A stretch of 64,000 nucleotides of DNA from Candidatus Eiseniibacteriota bacterium (GTDB lineage Bacteria; Eisenbacteria; RBG-16-71-46): NCBI GenBank assembly GCA_963725865.1, contig CAVSAC010000014.1, forward strand, positions 928,001 through 992,000, read 5' to 3'. The notes under the pieces are model-generated. The model had not been told where the DNA came from. It ran no database searches and was given only the letters and a program-made list of their open reading frames with translations. This document shows, one piece after another, positions 9,607-18,704 of the stretch. Positions within the stretch are counted from its first letter, which is position 1; every line of letters begins with the position of its first letter. A program made the position numbers and the translations under genes.

Positions 9607-9647
9607 AGGCGAGCGCCCCCGGCGTGAACGAAACCGGGGGCGCTCGC
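9602..9647 (-). terminator. Intrinsic terminator of phoB-phoR
   Basis: Perfect 14-bp inverted repeat GCGAGCGCCCCCGG/CCGGGGGCGCTCGC followed by CTTTT on the minus strand. Confidence 0.8.
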
Positions 9648-9662
9648 GGCGCGGCCCGACGG

Positions 9663-11441
9663 TCAGGCGAGGAGGATCGCGGGCGTGCCGCCGCGCGGGA
9701 TCTCGAAGCGGAACGCGCTGCCCGGGCCGGCGCCACTGCGCACCGACACCTCCCCACCGTGGAGCGTGACGATGTGCTTCACGATCGACAGGCCGAGCCC
9801 GGTGCCGCCCCTGTCGCGCGAGCGTGCCTTGTCGACCCGGTAGAAGCGCTCGAAGATCCGCGGCTGATCGTCCTCGGGGATGCCGCAGCCGGTGTCGCGC
9901 ACCTCGCACCACGCGCGTACCTCGTCGCCCCCGAGGGCGACCCGCACCTCGCCCTGCTCGGTGTACTTGACCGCGTTGTCGAGCAGGTTGGCGAACACTT
10001 GCTCCAGGCGCGCGCGGTCGGCGGTGACCGGCTGCGTCTCGCCGGGCTCGAGCGTCAGCGCCAGACCGCCCTGCTCGGCGCGGCGGCGGAACGCGGTCAG
10101 CTGCGCCGCCGCCAGCTCGCGCAGGTCGAAGCGCTCCACCCGCAGGCGAGTGCCGGGCCGTTCGAGCTCGGCCAGCGAGAGCAGGTCGTCGACCAGCGCC
10201 TCGAGCCGTGCCGCCTGGTCGCGGATCACGCGCACGAAGGCCTCGCGGTTCGCGGTGTCCTCGAGCCCGCCGTCGAGCAGCGTCTCGGCGTAGCCGCGCA
10301 GCGACGTGAGCGGCGTGCGCAGCTCATGCGAGACGTTCGCGACGAAGTCCTGCCGCACGCGGTCGAGCCGCTCCACCTCGGTGAGGTCGTGCACCACCAG
10401 CAGCACCGGCGCGCGTCCCGGACCGCCGAGCGGGGTGCCGGTGGCGCGCAGGGAATGCTGGCCGGGCGACCACAGCCGGACGTCGCGCTCCACCGTGTGG
10501 CCCTCGGCGCGAGCCGCCTTGAGCAGCTCGTCGAGCTCGGGAGCACGCGCGAACTCGGCCAGCGGCGTCCCCGGCGGCGGCGGCAACGGCGAGCCCAGCA
10601 GCTCCGCGAGCGCGTGGTTCATGTGCACCACGCGACCGTCGCCGTCGATCAGCGCCACCCCGTCGGTCATGTGGGCGAGGATGCGCTCCCGCTCGTCGCG
10701 TTCGCTCTCGAGCGCCTCGAGCCGCGCGCGCAGCACGCCCGCGGTCCGGTTGAGCGCGGCGCCGAGCCGGCCCAGCTCGTCGGCGGGCTGCTCCTGCGCA
10801 CGCACCGCGGGATCGCCGGCGCCGATGGCGTGCGCCACCGACTCCAGCGCGCGCACGCGCTCGGCCTGCTGGTGCGCGACCCGGAACACCACCGCGAGCG
10901 CGACCAGCAGCGTGGCGACCGCGGCCAGCACCAGCAGTCCGAGCAGCGCGGTCGTCAGGCGCGTGAGGTCGGCGAGCGGCTCCGAGACACGCACGACCCT
11001 GACCGCGCCGGCGCGGGCCGGGAACGCGACGTACAGCAGGTCGGCGCCGAGCGTCGCGCTGTGCCGCACCGCGACGCCCTCGCGGCCCTGCAGCGCGGCG
11101 TGGATCTCGAGGCGGCTGGCGTGGTTGTCGAGCGTGGCGAGCCGCGACTGCGGCACGGAGGCATCGCCGAGCACGCGCCCGGTCGAGTCGATCAGTGTCA
11201 CCCGGCAGGCGAGCGCCTTGCCCATCTCGGCGGCGAAGCCGGGCCAATCGGAGGCGAGCGCGAACGGGTCGCGGCGCAGCTCGCGCGCGGTGGTACGCGC
11301 CGAGCGTTCGAGCGCCTGGGTGCTGAGGCGCAGTACCCACGCGCGCTGCTCGCGCACCGCGACCAGGGTGACGGCCGCGAGCGCGAGCGCCACGACGAGG
11401 CCGTAGGCCACGAACAGCCGCGTGCGGATGGGAAGCGCCAC
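9663..11441 (-). CDS. phoR: Sensor histidine kinase PhoR (TM-sensor-HAMP-PAS-HisKA-HATPase)
   Basis: FVANVSHELRTPLT H-box, NLLDNAVKY, FERFYRVDKARSR..GGTGLGL. Confidence 0.92.
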   Translation of the reverse strand: MALPIRTRLFVAYGLVVALALAAVTLVAVREQRAWVLRLSTQALERSARTTARELRRDPFALASDWPGFAAEMGKALACRVTLIDSTGRVLGDASVPQSRLATLDNHASRLEIHAALQGREGVAVRHSATLGADLLYVAFPARAGAVRVVRVSEPLADLTRLTTALLGLLVLAAVATLLVALAVVFRVAHQQAERVRALESVAHAIGAGDPAVRAQEQPADELGRLGAALNRTAGVLRARLEALESERDERERILAHMTDGVALIDGDGRVVHMNHALAELLGSPLPPPPGTPLAEFARAPELDELLKAARAEGHTVERDVRLWSPGQHSLRATGTPLGGPGRAPVLLVVHDLTEVERLDRVRQDFVANVSHELRTPLTSLRGYAETLLDGGLEDTANREAFVRVIRDQAARLEALVDDLLSLAELERPGTRLRVERFDLRELAAAQLTAFRRRAEQGGLALTLEPGETQPVTADRARLEQVFANLLDNAVKYTEQGEVRVALGGDEVRAWCEVRDTGCGIPEDDQPRIFERFYRVDKARSRDRGGTGLGLSIVKHIVTLHGGEVSVRSGAGPGSAFRFEIPRGGTPAILLA

Positions 11442-11460
11442 CGTCGGCCGCCGTGCCGGG

Positions 11461-12159
11461 TCAGCGCCCGGGAGTCTTGGCCGGAGCGACGAGCTTGTAG
11501 CCCGCTCCGGTCACGGTCTCGATCACGTGGTGCTCGTCGCCCAGCTTGGCGCGCAGGCGGCGCACGTGGACGTCGACCGTGCGGGTCTCTCCCACGTAGT
11601 CATAGCCCCACACCTTGCGCAGCAGCTCCTCGCGCGAGAACACGCGACCCGGATGGCGGGCGAGGAACGCCAGCAGCTCGAACTCGCGCGGCGTGAGCTC
11701 GAGCGCGCGACCGCGGAACCCGATCTCGTGCGCGAGCGTGTCCACGCGCAACGAGCCGGCCTCGAGCACGCCCTCCTCCCGCGACGGGCGGGCACGGCGC
11801 AGGAGGGCCTGCAGGCGCGCCGTCAGCTCGCGCGGGCTGAATGGCTTGGTCATGTAGTCGTCGGCGCCGCGCTCGAAGCCGAGCAGCTTGTCCATCTCGG
11901 CGCCGCGCGCGGTCAGCACCACGACCGGCAGATCGCGGGTGGCCGGTTCCTCGCGCACCTCGCGCAGGATCTCGAGCCCGCTGCGCCCCGGGAGCATGAG
12001 ATCGAGGACCAGCGCGTCGGGGCGCGACGCGAAGAGGCGTTCGGTCGCCTCCTCGCCGTCCGCGAACGCGGCCACGCGGAATCCGGCTCGCTCGAGGTTG
12101 TACTTCAGGAGGTCGCGGATCTCCTTCTCGTCCTCGACCACCATCACCAGGTCCGCCAT
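11461..12159 (-). CDS. phoB: OmpR-family response regulator PhoB/PhoP
   Basis: VEDE, LDLMLP and KPFSPREL receiver; winged helix RTVDVHVRRLR; adjacent to phoR and the pst genes. Confidence 0.9.
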   Translation of the reverse strand: MADLVMVVEDEKEIRDLLKYNLERAGFRVAAFADGEEATERLFASRPDALVLDLMLPGRSGLEILREVREEPATRDLPVVVLTARGAEMDKLLGFERGADDYMTKPFSPRELTARLQALLRRARPSREEGVLEAGSLRVDTLAHEIGFRGRALELTPREFELLAFLARHPGRVFSREELLRKVWGYDYVGETRTVDVHVRRLRAKLGDEHHVIETVTGAGYKLVAPAKTPGR

Positions 12160-12219
12160 GCGCTCCTCCGATCGGCGGCGATGCTACGCGTGGCCTCGGT
12201 GAAGGGCAATCGTCGGGGT

Positions 12220-12237
12220 GTTTCCGGGTTGTGACAT
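12220..12237 (-). promoter_or_regulatory. Putative autoregulatory Pho box upstream of phoB
   Basis: GTTTCC(12220) and GTGACAT(12231) are 11 bp apart; the same GTGTTTCCG-N4-GTGA string occurs at 3351-3367; TAGCAT -10-like at 12181-12186. Confidence 0.5.
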
Positions 12238-12340
12238 CCGCGAGCGGCAGGCTAGATTGCGGGCCGACCCTGCAGGATCCCGCGTCCGCCCGCGCCTCAG
12301 CGGTCGCGGCCGCGACCCACGTTGTCCCGGGAAGGCTCCC

Positions 12341-14041
12341 ATGACCGAGACCCGCCAGGTGCCGCGTTGGCTCCCGCTGCTCGTCGTCGCGGTCCTGCTC
12401 GCGCTCGCGGCGCTCTCGCACGGCCCCGAGCAGGTGCTGCAGCTTGCGCGCACGGCGCCATGGCGGGGACACGGCTTCGGCCAGCTGCCCGCCGCCGCCG
12501 GGTGGTCGGTGTTTCGCATGGTCGCGTCGATGATGTTCTCCCTGGTGTTCGCGTGGGTCGTGGGCTACCGGGCCGCCCTGGATCCGCGCGCCGCGCGCGT
12601 GCTGTTGCCGCTCCTCGACGTGGGGCAGTCGGTGCCGGTGCTGGGGTTCTTCCCGGCCGCCATCTTCGTGTTCATCTCGCTGTTCGGCGGTGGCCGGCCC
12701 GCGCTCGAGATGGCCTCGATCTTCCTCATCTTCACCAGCCAGGCCTGGAACATGGCCTTCGCGGTCTACGAGGGGATCTCCACGATCCCGCTCGAGACCC
12801 GCGCCGCCGTCGACAGCCTCGGCGTGCGCGGCGTGCTGCGCATGCGTTCCCTGCTGATGCCGGCGTGCGTGCCGCCGCTCCTGTTCAACACGATCCTCTC
12901 GTGGACCAACGGGTGGTACTTCCTGATCGCGTGCGAGATCATCGTCGCCGGCCGCGCCCAGTACGAACTGCCTGGGCTCGGCAGCACGCTCTCGCACGCG
13001 CTCGCGACCGGGGACATCCGGCTCGCGGTGGCGGCACTCGTCATCCTGCTGCTGATCGTGGTCGCGCTGGAGATGGTGGTGTGGCGGCCGTTGCGCGCGT
13101 GGGCCGCCCGGTTCCGTTACGAGGCCACGCGCGAGGATGCCGCCGAGGAGGCCGCGCCGGCGTGGGTGAGCGTCGGATTGCCCCTGCTGGTGCGCCCGCT
13201 GCGCGTGCTGGGCCGCTGGGTGTGGCGCCGCGTGTCGGTGCCGCGCGTGGATGCCTGGCTGCCGGCCGCCGGGAAGTTCGCGCGTCGCGGGTGGCGCGTG
13301 CTGCGGTGGCCCGTCGGGCTCGCCGCGCTGGCGGCGACGATCCTGGCGCTGGTGGCGACCGCGCGCGCGCTCGCCCCACCCTGGCCCCGGGAGGCCGCCA
13401 GCGTGCCGCTGGCGCTGCTGTTCTCGTTCCTGCGCATCAACGCGGCGTACGTGCTGGCGCTCGCGTGGATCCTCCCCGCGGTGTTGTGGGCGAGCGACCA
13501 TCCGCGTGGCGCCCGTGCGCTCTCACTGGTTGCGCAGGTCGGGGCGTCGATTCCCGCCACGGCGTTCTTCCCGGTGCTGGTGGCGCTGTTCGTCCAGCAC
13601 TTCGGCGGGATGGAGATGATCTCGGTGGCGCTGGCGCTGACGGGCATGCAGTGGTATCTGCTCTTCAATCTGCTCGCCGGGGTACAGCGCGTCCCCGGCG
13701 ACCTGCGCGAGTCGCTGCGCGCGCTGGGGCTGTCGCGCTGGCAGATCCATCGCCGGCTGGTGCTGCCGGCCTGCATGCCGTCCCTCGTCACCGGCAGCGT
13801 GGTGGCGTGGGGCGGCACGTGGAACGCACTGATCCTGTCCGAGTACGTGGTGTACAAGGAGCACACGTACTCCGTGCTGGGCGTGGGCGCGCTGCTGAAC
13901 CGCGCGACCTTCGTGACGGGGAGCCGCACGCTGCTGTTCCTGTCGCTGGCGGCGCTCGTCATCACCGTGGTGTCGTTCAACCACCTGGTGTGGCGGCGCC
14001 TGTACGAGCATGTGACCGCACGGTACCGCCTGGAGGGCTGA
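12341..14041 (+). CDS. NitT/TauT-family ABC permease (two fused permease domains)
   Basis: LDVGQSVPVLGFFP, IFTSQAWNM and WYLLFN motifs; about 12 TM segments; start MTETRQ. Confidence 0.88.
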   Translation: MTETRQVPRWLPLLVVAVLLALAALSHGPEQVLQLARTAPWRGHGFGQLPAAAGWSVFRMVASMMFSLVFAWVVGYRAALDPRAARVLLPLLDVGQSVPVLGFFPAAIFVFISLFGGGRPALEMASIFLIFTSQAWNMAFAVYEGISTIPLETRAAVDSLGVRGVLRMRSLLMPACVPPLLFNTILSWTNGWYFLIACEIIVAGRAQYELPGLGSTLSHALATGDIRLAVAALVILLLIVVALEMVVWRPLRAWAARFRYEATREDAAEEAAPAWVSVGLPLLVRPLRVLGRWVWRRVSVPRVDAWLPAAGKFARRGWRVLRWPVGLAALAATILALVATARALAPPWPREAASVPLALLFSFLRINAAYVLALAWILPAVLWASDHPRGARALSLVAQVGASIPATAFFPVLVALFVQHFGGMEMISVALALTGMQWYLLFNLLAGVQRVPGDLRESLRALGLSRWQIHRRLVLPACMPSLVTGSVVAWGGTWNALILSEYVVYKEHTYSVLGVGALLNRATFVTGSRTLLFLSLAALVITVVSFNHLVWRRLYEHVTARYRLEG

Positions 14042-14044
14042 GCG

Positions 14045-14788
14045 TTGCTCGAGCTGCGACACGTCACCCGCACCTTCACCGACCGGGGTCGCGAGATCCC
14101 GGCGGTCGAGGACATCAGCTTGCAGGTGCCGGACCGTGAGTTCCTGTGCATCGTCGGGCCCTCGGGGTGCGGCAAGTCCACGATGCTGCGCCTCATGATG
14201 GGGCTGCTCCCCCCGACGCGCGGCCAGGTGCTCTACGAGGGTGCCGCGCTCGCGGGCGTGAACCTGCGGGCCGCGATGGTGTTCCAGTCGTTCGCGCTGC
14301 TGCCCTGGCTGACGGTGCAGGGCAATGTCGAGCTGGGGCTCAAGGCGCGCGAACTGCCCGAGGACGCGGTGCGCCGCCGGGCGGCCCACTACCTCGACAA
14401 GGTCGGCCTCGACGGATACGAAGAAGCCTACCCGCGCGAACTCTCCGGCGGGATGAAGCAGCGGGCGGGCCTCGCGCGCGCCCTCGCTGTGGAGCCGGAG
14501 CTGCTGTTCATGGACGAGCCGTTCGCCGGCCTCGACGCCCTCACCTCCGCCAACCTGCGCGAAGAGGTGCTCACCCTGTGGGCCGACCACGCGATGCCGG
14601 TGAACACGGTCGTGATGGTGACCCACATCATCGAGGAGGCCGTGCTGATGGCGGACCGCGTGGTCGTGCTCACCCCCCACCCGGGGCGCATCGCCGCCGA
14701 CGTCCCGATCGCGCTCGAGCGCCCGCGCAACAAGCGCGACCCCGGTTTCGACCAGGTCGTGGACTCGATCTTCGAGAAGATCGTGTGA
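14045..14788 (+). CDS. NitT/TauT-family ABC ATP-binding protein
   Basis: [17 protein letters not shown] and MDEPF motifs. Confidence 0.92.
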   Translation: MLELRHVTRTFTDRGREIPAVEDISLQVPDREFLCIVGPSGCGKSTMLRLMMGLLPPTRGQVLYEGAALAGVNLRAAMVFQSFALLPWLTVQGNVELGLKARELPEDAVRRRAAHYLDKVGLDGYEEAYPRELSGGMKQRAGLARALAVEPELLFMDEPFAGLDALTSANLREEVLTLWADHAMPVNTVVMVTHIIEEAVLMADRVVVLTPHPGRIAADVPIALERPRNKRDPGFDQVVDSIFEKIV

Positions 14789-14798
14789 GCGCCGCCCG

Positions 14799-15686
14799 AT
14801 GACGCTCTCTCACGACGCAGGAGCGGTGACGGTGGAGCGGCTCGGACCGGCCGATCTGGTCGAGGCGTTCGGGTTCCTCGACGATGACCCGGTGCTCAAC
14901 GTGTACGTGCTGGCGCTCCTGCTGCGTGACGGATTGCGCACCACGCGCGACGAGTACTGGGCCGCCCGGCGCGCCGGCCGCCTGGTCGCGCTGCTGCACC
15001 TGGGCGGGCACTCGGGCGCGGTCCTGCCGGTCGGCGACGACGCGCAGGCCAGCGCCGCGCTCGCGGACCGCTTCGTCGAGCGCCGCTCGTTCGTGCCGCG
15101 TCGGTTCCAGGTCATCGGTCCCGCGAGCGCCGTGGCGGCCCTCGCCACCCGCCTGGCCGAGGCGGGACTCGAGCCCCGCCTGCTCCGCCGCCAGCTCTAC
15201 ATGTCGCTCCGACCACGGGACCTCCCGGAGTTCGAGCGTGTCCCTGAACTGCGCCCGGCGCGTCCCGAGGACTACGCGCTCATCTTCGAGAGCGGAGCCG
15301 CCTTGCGCGCCGAGGAGCTCGAGGAGGATCCGCGCCTCGCGGATCCGCTCGGTTACGCACGGCGGGTCGAGGAGGAATGCCGCGACGGCTACACCCGGGT
15401 GTGGCTCGACGATGAAGGGCTGTGCTTTCGCGCGAGCGTCAGCGCACGCACCGCCGACGCCGCCCAGATCTCGGGGGTCTACGTGCCGCCCCACCGGCGA
15501 GGGCGCGGCCTCGCGACGCGCGGGATGGCAGAGCTCTGCACGCGTCTGGCCGAGCAGTCGCGCGCGCTGTGTCTGTTCGTCAACGACGTCAACGCGCCCG
15601 CCATCGCCGTCTACCGGCGCATCGGCTTCCGCGACCACGCCGCGTGGGCCTCGGCGTTCTACGGTCTCGCGCACCCTTCGGGCTGA
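14799..15686 (+). CDS. GNAT-family N-acetyltransferase
   Basis: C-terminal GVYVPPHRRGRGLA and LFVND.NAPAIAVYRRIGF motifs. Confidence 0.85.
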   Translation: MTLSHDAGAVTVERLGPADLVEAFGFLDDDPVLNVYVLALLLRDGLRTTRDEYWAARRAGRLVALLHLGGHSGAVLPVGDDAQASAALADRFVERRSFVPRRFQVIGPASAVAALATRLAEAGLEPRLLRRQLYMSLRPRDLPEFERVPELRPARPEDYALIFESGAALRAEELEEDPRLADPLGYARRVEEECRDGYTRVWLDDEGLCFRASVSARTADAAQISGVYVPPHRRGRGLATRGMAELCTRLAEQSRALCLFVNDVNAPAIAVYRRIGFRDHAAWASAFYGLAHPSG

Positions 15687-15788
15687 GCCGGCGAGCGATT
15701 CGCCGCGGCTTGACCGCCATGGCGCGATTCTGCGACGTTCGGCGATCGACGCGCCCCGCGATTGCAGCACGACCACCGGAGGTTTGAT

Positions 15789-16430
15789 GTGAGCTCCTTG
15801 CGGAATGCCGCGCTCGTCGCGGCCCTGTCGCTCGTCGCCGCGCCGGCCGCGCGCGCGCAGGTGTTCGGCCAGTACTGCGGCGCCGCCACCCTGCCGATGA
15901 ATGGGCACCTGTTCGGGGGCTACCTGAACGCGAGCAAAAACGTCGTGGGATTGTCCGCCCAACTGCGCCTGAGCTTCTATCCGAACGTGGATTTCGGCTT
16001 CCAGGGTGGCCTCAGTCGAATCAACTACCCGGGCCATGCCGATCGGACCGTGCTGCGGCTCGGCACCGATGTGAAGTTCGCCGTCGCGAAGGCCAACGAT
16101 CGCGTGCCGTTCGATCTCGCGCTCGACGGCGGCCTGGGCGTGGAGTCGGGCGACAACTACCAGGTGATCGCCCTCGGTCCCTCACTCGTGGGCAGCCGTG
16201 ACTACGGGACATCGGAGCGCGGGGTCACGCCTTTTGCGAGCGTCGGGCTCCTGTTCTCGAACATCGATGTCGGAGACAACAGCTCGACCGATGTGTCGAT
16301 GCCGCTGCGCGGCGGCGCCGAGTGGCGCGTCGCCCCGGACGTGCGCATCACCGGGGAGCTCCAGCTACGGCTAGGAGACGAGTTCAACGACGATGTCGGA
16401 TTCCAGGTGGGCGTGCATCTGCCCTTCTGA
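15789..16430 (+). CDS. Outer-membrane beta-barrel protein
   Basis: GGAGG RBS, GTG start, signal peptide ending ARA, alternating beta strands, C-terminal F. Confidence 0.75.
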   Translation: MSSLRNAALVAALSLVAAPAARAQVFGQYCGAATLPMNGHLFGGYLNASKNVVGLSAQLRLSFYPNVDFGFQGGLSRINYPGHADRTVLRLGTDVKFAVAKANDRVPFDLALDGGLGVESGDNYQVIALGPSLVGSRDYGTSERGVTPFASVGLLFSNIDVGDNSSTDVSMPLRGGAEWRVAPDVRITGELQLRLGDEFNDDVGFQVGVHLPF

Positions 16431-16573
16431 GCCCCTCCCGGGGGCCTCCGACGGCCAGCCTAGCGCCAAATCAGGTCGCGGCCGCCGTGCACGCCCGAGC
16501 AGGGTGGTGCGAGATCCAATAAACGATTGTCATACAATGAATTGGGTAGCAGTCACCAAGCCCAGAATGAGGC

Positions 16574-16602
16574 TTGTACGCCCCCTAGCCCGGTGCTAGC
16601 CT
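16574..16602 (+). promoter_or_regulatory. sigma70-type promoter upstream of dnaA
   Basis: TTGTAC-N17-TAGCCT with extended TGn. Confidence 0.55.
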
Positions 16603-16749
16603 ACCGCTCCCCCCACCAATGCCCCTCGCTTAGGGCGCATTCGATGGGCGGACCATGACCTATCAACCTCAATCATCAAAACGCTTTAGACCAGGCTTGC
16701 GGGTTCTTGCGCGAGGCCTGGATCGTGATTCGCTTCAGTCTGTTCGGCG

Positions 16750-16930
16750 ATTTGTGGAAACGGTGTGGAAGAAGGGAGGCGCGACGCTGGACAAGCGGCT
16801 TTACCGCTTGGACTTATGCCAGCCCACATGAATGTTGATAAGTCGCCCATCAGATTTTCACACTCGTCTCCCCCACCTGGCCCCCGACCGCAGCCCAAGG
16901 GCACTTCGCGGTCCCGCCTTGTGTGGAAAA
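16750..16930. other. oriC part 1: DnaA-box cluster upstream of dnaA
   Basis: TGTGGAAAA (16922-16930; matches TTWTNCACA), TGTTGATAA (16833-16841), TGTGGAAAC (16753), TGTGGAAGA (16764); locally lower GC. Confidence 0.7.
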
Positions 16931-16959
16931 GTTGCGACCTTTCAGCAAGGACCGTTGAA

Positions 16960-18342
16960 ATGGCCGTCCACCCCGTGCTGTCGGACGAGTCCATCCGTCT
17001 CTGGGAACAAGTCCTCCTGTCCATCCGCGACAGGCTCGGGAGCCCTCAGGCTTTCGAGACTTGGTTCAAGCCCATCGTGCCTCGTGAGATGAGCGCCGGA
17101 TCGGTGGAGCTCGAAGTCCCCAATGCCTTCTTCGTGGACTGGATCCACGAACACCATCTACCGGCACTGCGCCAGTGCCTCACCGAAACGCTTGGCGCGA
17201 CCCCTGCGATCCACTTCTCGTCGCGCGAGAGCGCGGCCGTCCTGGAGCCGCCCGCAACATCAGCGGCCCCCTCGACTCCAACCCCTGCGCAACGGCCGAA
17301 TCGCGCCTGGCTCGAGAGCCAGCTCCACCCGCGGCTCACGTTCGACGGATTCGTGGTCGGCGGCAGCAACCGTTTCACGCACGCCGCCTGTCTCGCGGTC
17401 GCGGGCGCTCCGGGGCAGGTGTACAACCCATTGTTCATCTTCGGAGGCTGCGGTCTCGGCAAGACCCACCTGCTTCACGCGGTCGGTCACGCGGTGCGTC
17501 AGAAGCGTCCCGAGGCCCGCGTGTACTACGTGCCTGCGGAGCGATTCACGAACGAGATGATCTACGCGATCCAGCACGCCCAGACGCTGGCGTTCCGGAA
17601 CAAGTACCGCAACGTCGACGTTCTGCTGATCGACGACATTCAATTCCTCGCGGGAAAGGAGAGTACTCAGGAGGAGTTCTTCTATACCTTCAATGCGCTC
17701 CGCGACGCCCACAAGCAGGTCGTGGTCACGGCCGACAAGCCTCCGAAGGACATCCCGATGCTGGAGGAGCGGCTCACGTCGCGGTTCAATCAGGGACTGG
17801 TTACGGACATCCAGCAGCCGGATCTCGAGACGCGCATCGCGATCCTCCGCAATCGGAGTGCGCAGGAGGGCGGTGGTGTTCACCTGCCCGACGACGTCCT
17901 GCTGCTGATTGCAGACCGCATCCGCAACAATATCCGTGACCTCGAGGGATGTCTCGTGAGGCTCATCGCGGTGGCGTCCCTGACGCATCGCGAGATCTCG
18001 ACCGAGCTCGCCGAGGAAGTACTGCAGCATTACGTCAATCCCGAGCCCGACCATCTGACACCGGAACGCATCCTCACCGCGGTCGCGGACCGCTTCGGGG
18101 TGCGCGTCGACGCGATGTGCGGGGCCCGTCGGACGCGAACGGTGGTGCTGCCGCGACAGGTCTCGATGTACCTCCTTCGACAGCTCACTGAGCTGTCCTT
18201 GGTGGAGATCGGTCGCGCGTTCGGTGGTCGCGATCACACGACCGTGATCTACGCCTGCGATCGGGTGGCCGATCTGATCGCGCGCGACAACGCGTTCGCG
18301 GAGCGCATCAACGGGTTGATCTCCACGATCGCGTCGGGATGA
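16960..18342 (+). CDS. dnaA: Chromosomal replication initiator DnaA
   Basis: FETWF domain I, YNPLFIFGGCGLGKTHL, LIDDIQF and GGRDHTTV motifs. Confidence 0.98.
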   Translation: MAVHPVLSDESIRLWEQVLLSIRDRLGSPQAFETWFKPIVPREMSAGSVELEVPNAFFVDWIHEHHLPALRQCLTETLGATPAIHFSSRESAAVLEPPATSAAPSTPTPAQRPNRAWLESQLHPRLTFDGFVVGGSNRFTHAACLAVAGAPGQVYNPLFIFGGCGLGKTHLLHAVGHAVRQKRPEARVYYVPAERFTNEMIYAIQHAQTLAFRNKYRNVDVLLIDDIQFLAGKESTQEEFFYTFNALRDAHKQVVVTADKPPKDIPMLEERLTSRFNQGLVTDIQQPDLETRIAILRNRSAQEGGGVHLPDDVLLLIADRIRNNIRDLEGCLVRLIAVASLTHREISTELAEEVLQHYVNPEPDHLTPERILTAVADRFGVRVDAMCGARRTRTVVLPRQVSMYLLRQLTELSLVEIGRAFGGRDHTTVIYACDRVADLIARDNAFAERINGLISTIASG

Positions 18343-18490
18343 GTGGTGGAATCTCGGTGGAGAGTTGGGGAGGAATCGGGTGTTCGAGTGGCAGGTGTGA
18401 CCATGTCGTCGAGAACCGCTCGCTTCTCCCCAGCTCGCTGTCTCGCCGCATCCCGTTGCTCGCAAACATGTTGCATGGCTGTCGCGGCGC

Positions 18491-18563
18491 TTCTCCACGA
18501 AGCTCACAGTGCCTACGATGACTAGCTTCTTTCTTATTACATCACAACAGATTAGAAGACCTA
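18491..18563 (+). other. oriC part 2: unwinding element (tandem DnaA boxes, GC spacer, DnaA-trios, AT-rich DUE)
   Basis: TTCTCCACG-AAGCTCACA-GTGCC-TAC GAT GAC TAG followed by AT-rich CTTCTTTCTTATTACATCACAACAGATTAG, in the dnaA-dnaN gap. Confidence 0.8.
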
Positions 18564-18704
18564 TGAGCGGCCTCAAATCACTTGCGCGAGTCGAGGGGCG
18601 CGCCTAATATGCCGGGCGATGCCGTACGTGCCCCCATCAGCACACATCAGGCCCCCGGAACCGTAAACGGGACTTCGACTTCCCCCCAGGTAGGGAGTGA
18701 TCAG

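Noticed and set aside
16655..16831. 58-codon ORF MTYQPQSSKRFRPGLRVLARG... upstream of dnaA, faintly resembling the ribosomal L34 (rpmH) N-terminus
   Set aside because: Same strand as dnaA rather than divergent, lacks the HGFR.RM core and basic C-terminus, has a weak RBS and overlaps DnaA boxes; probably chance.
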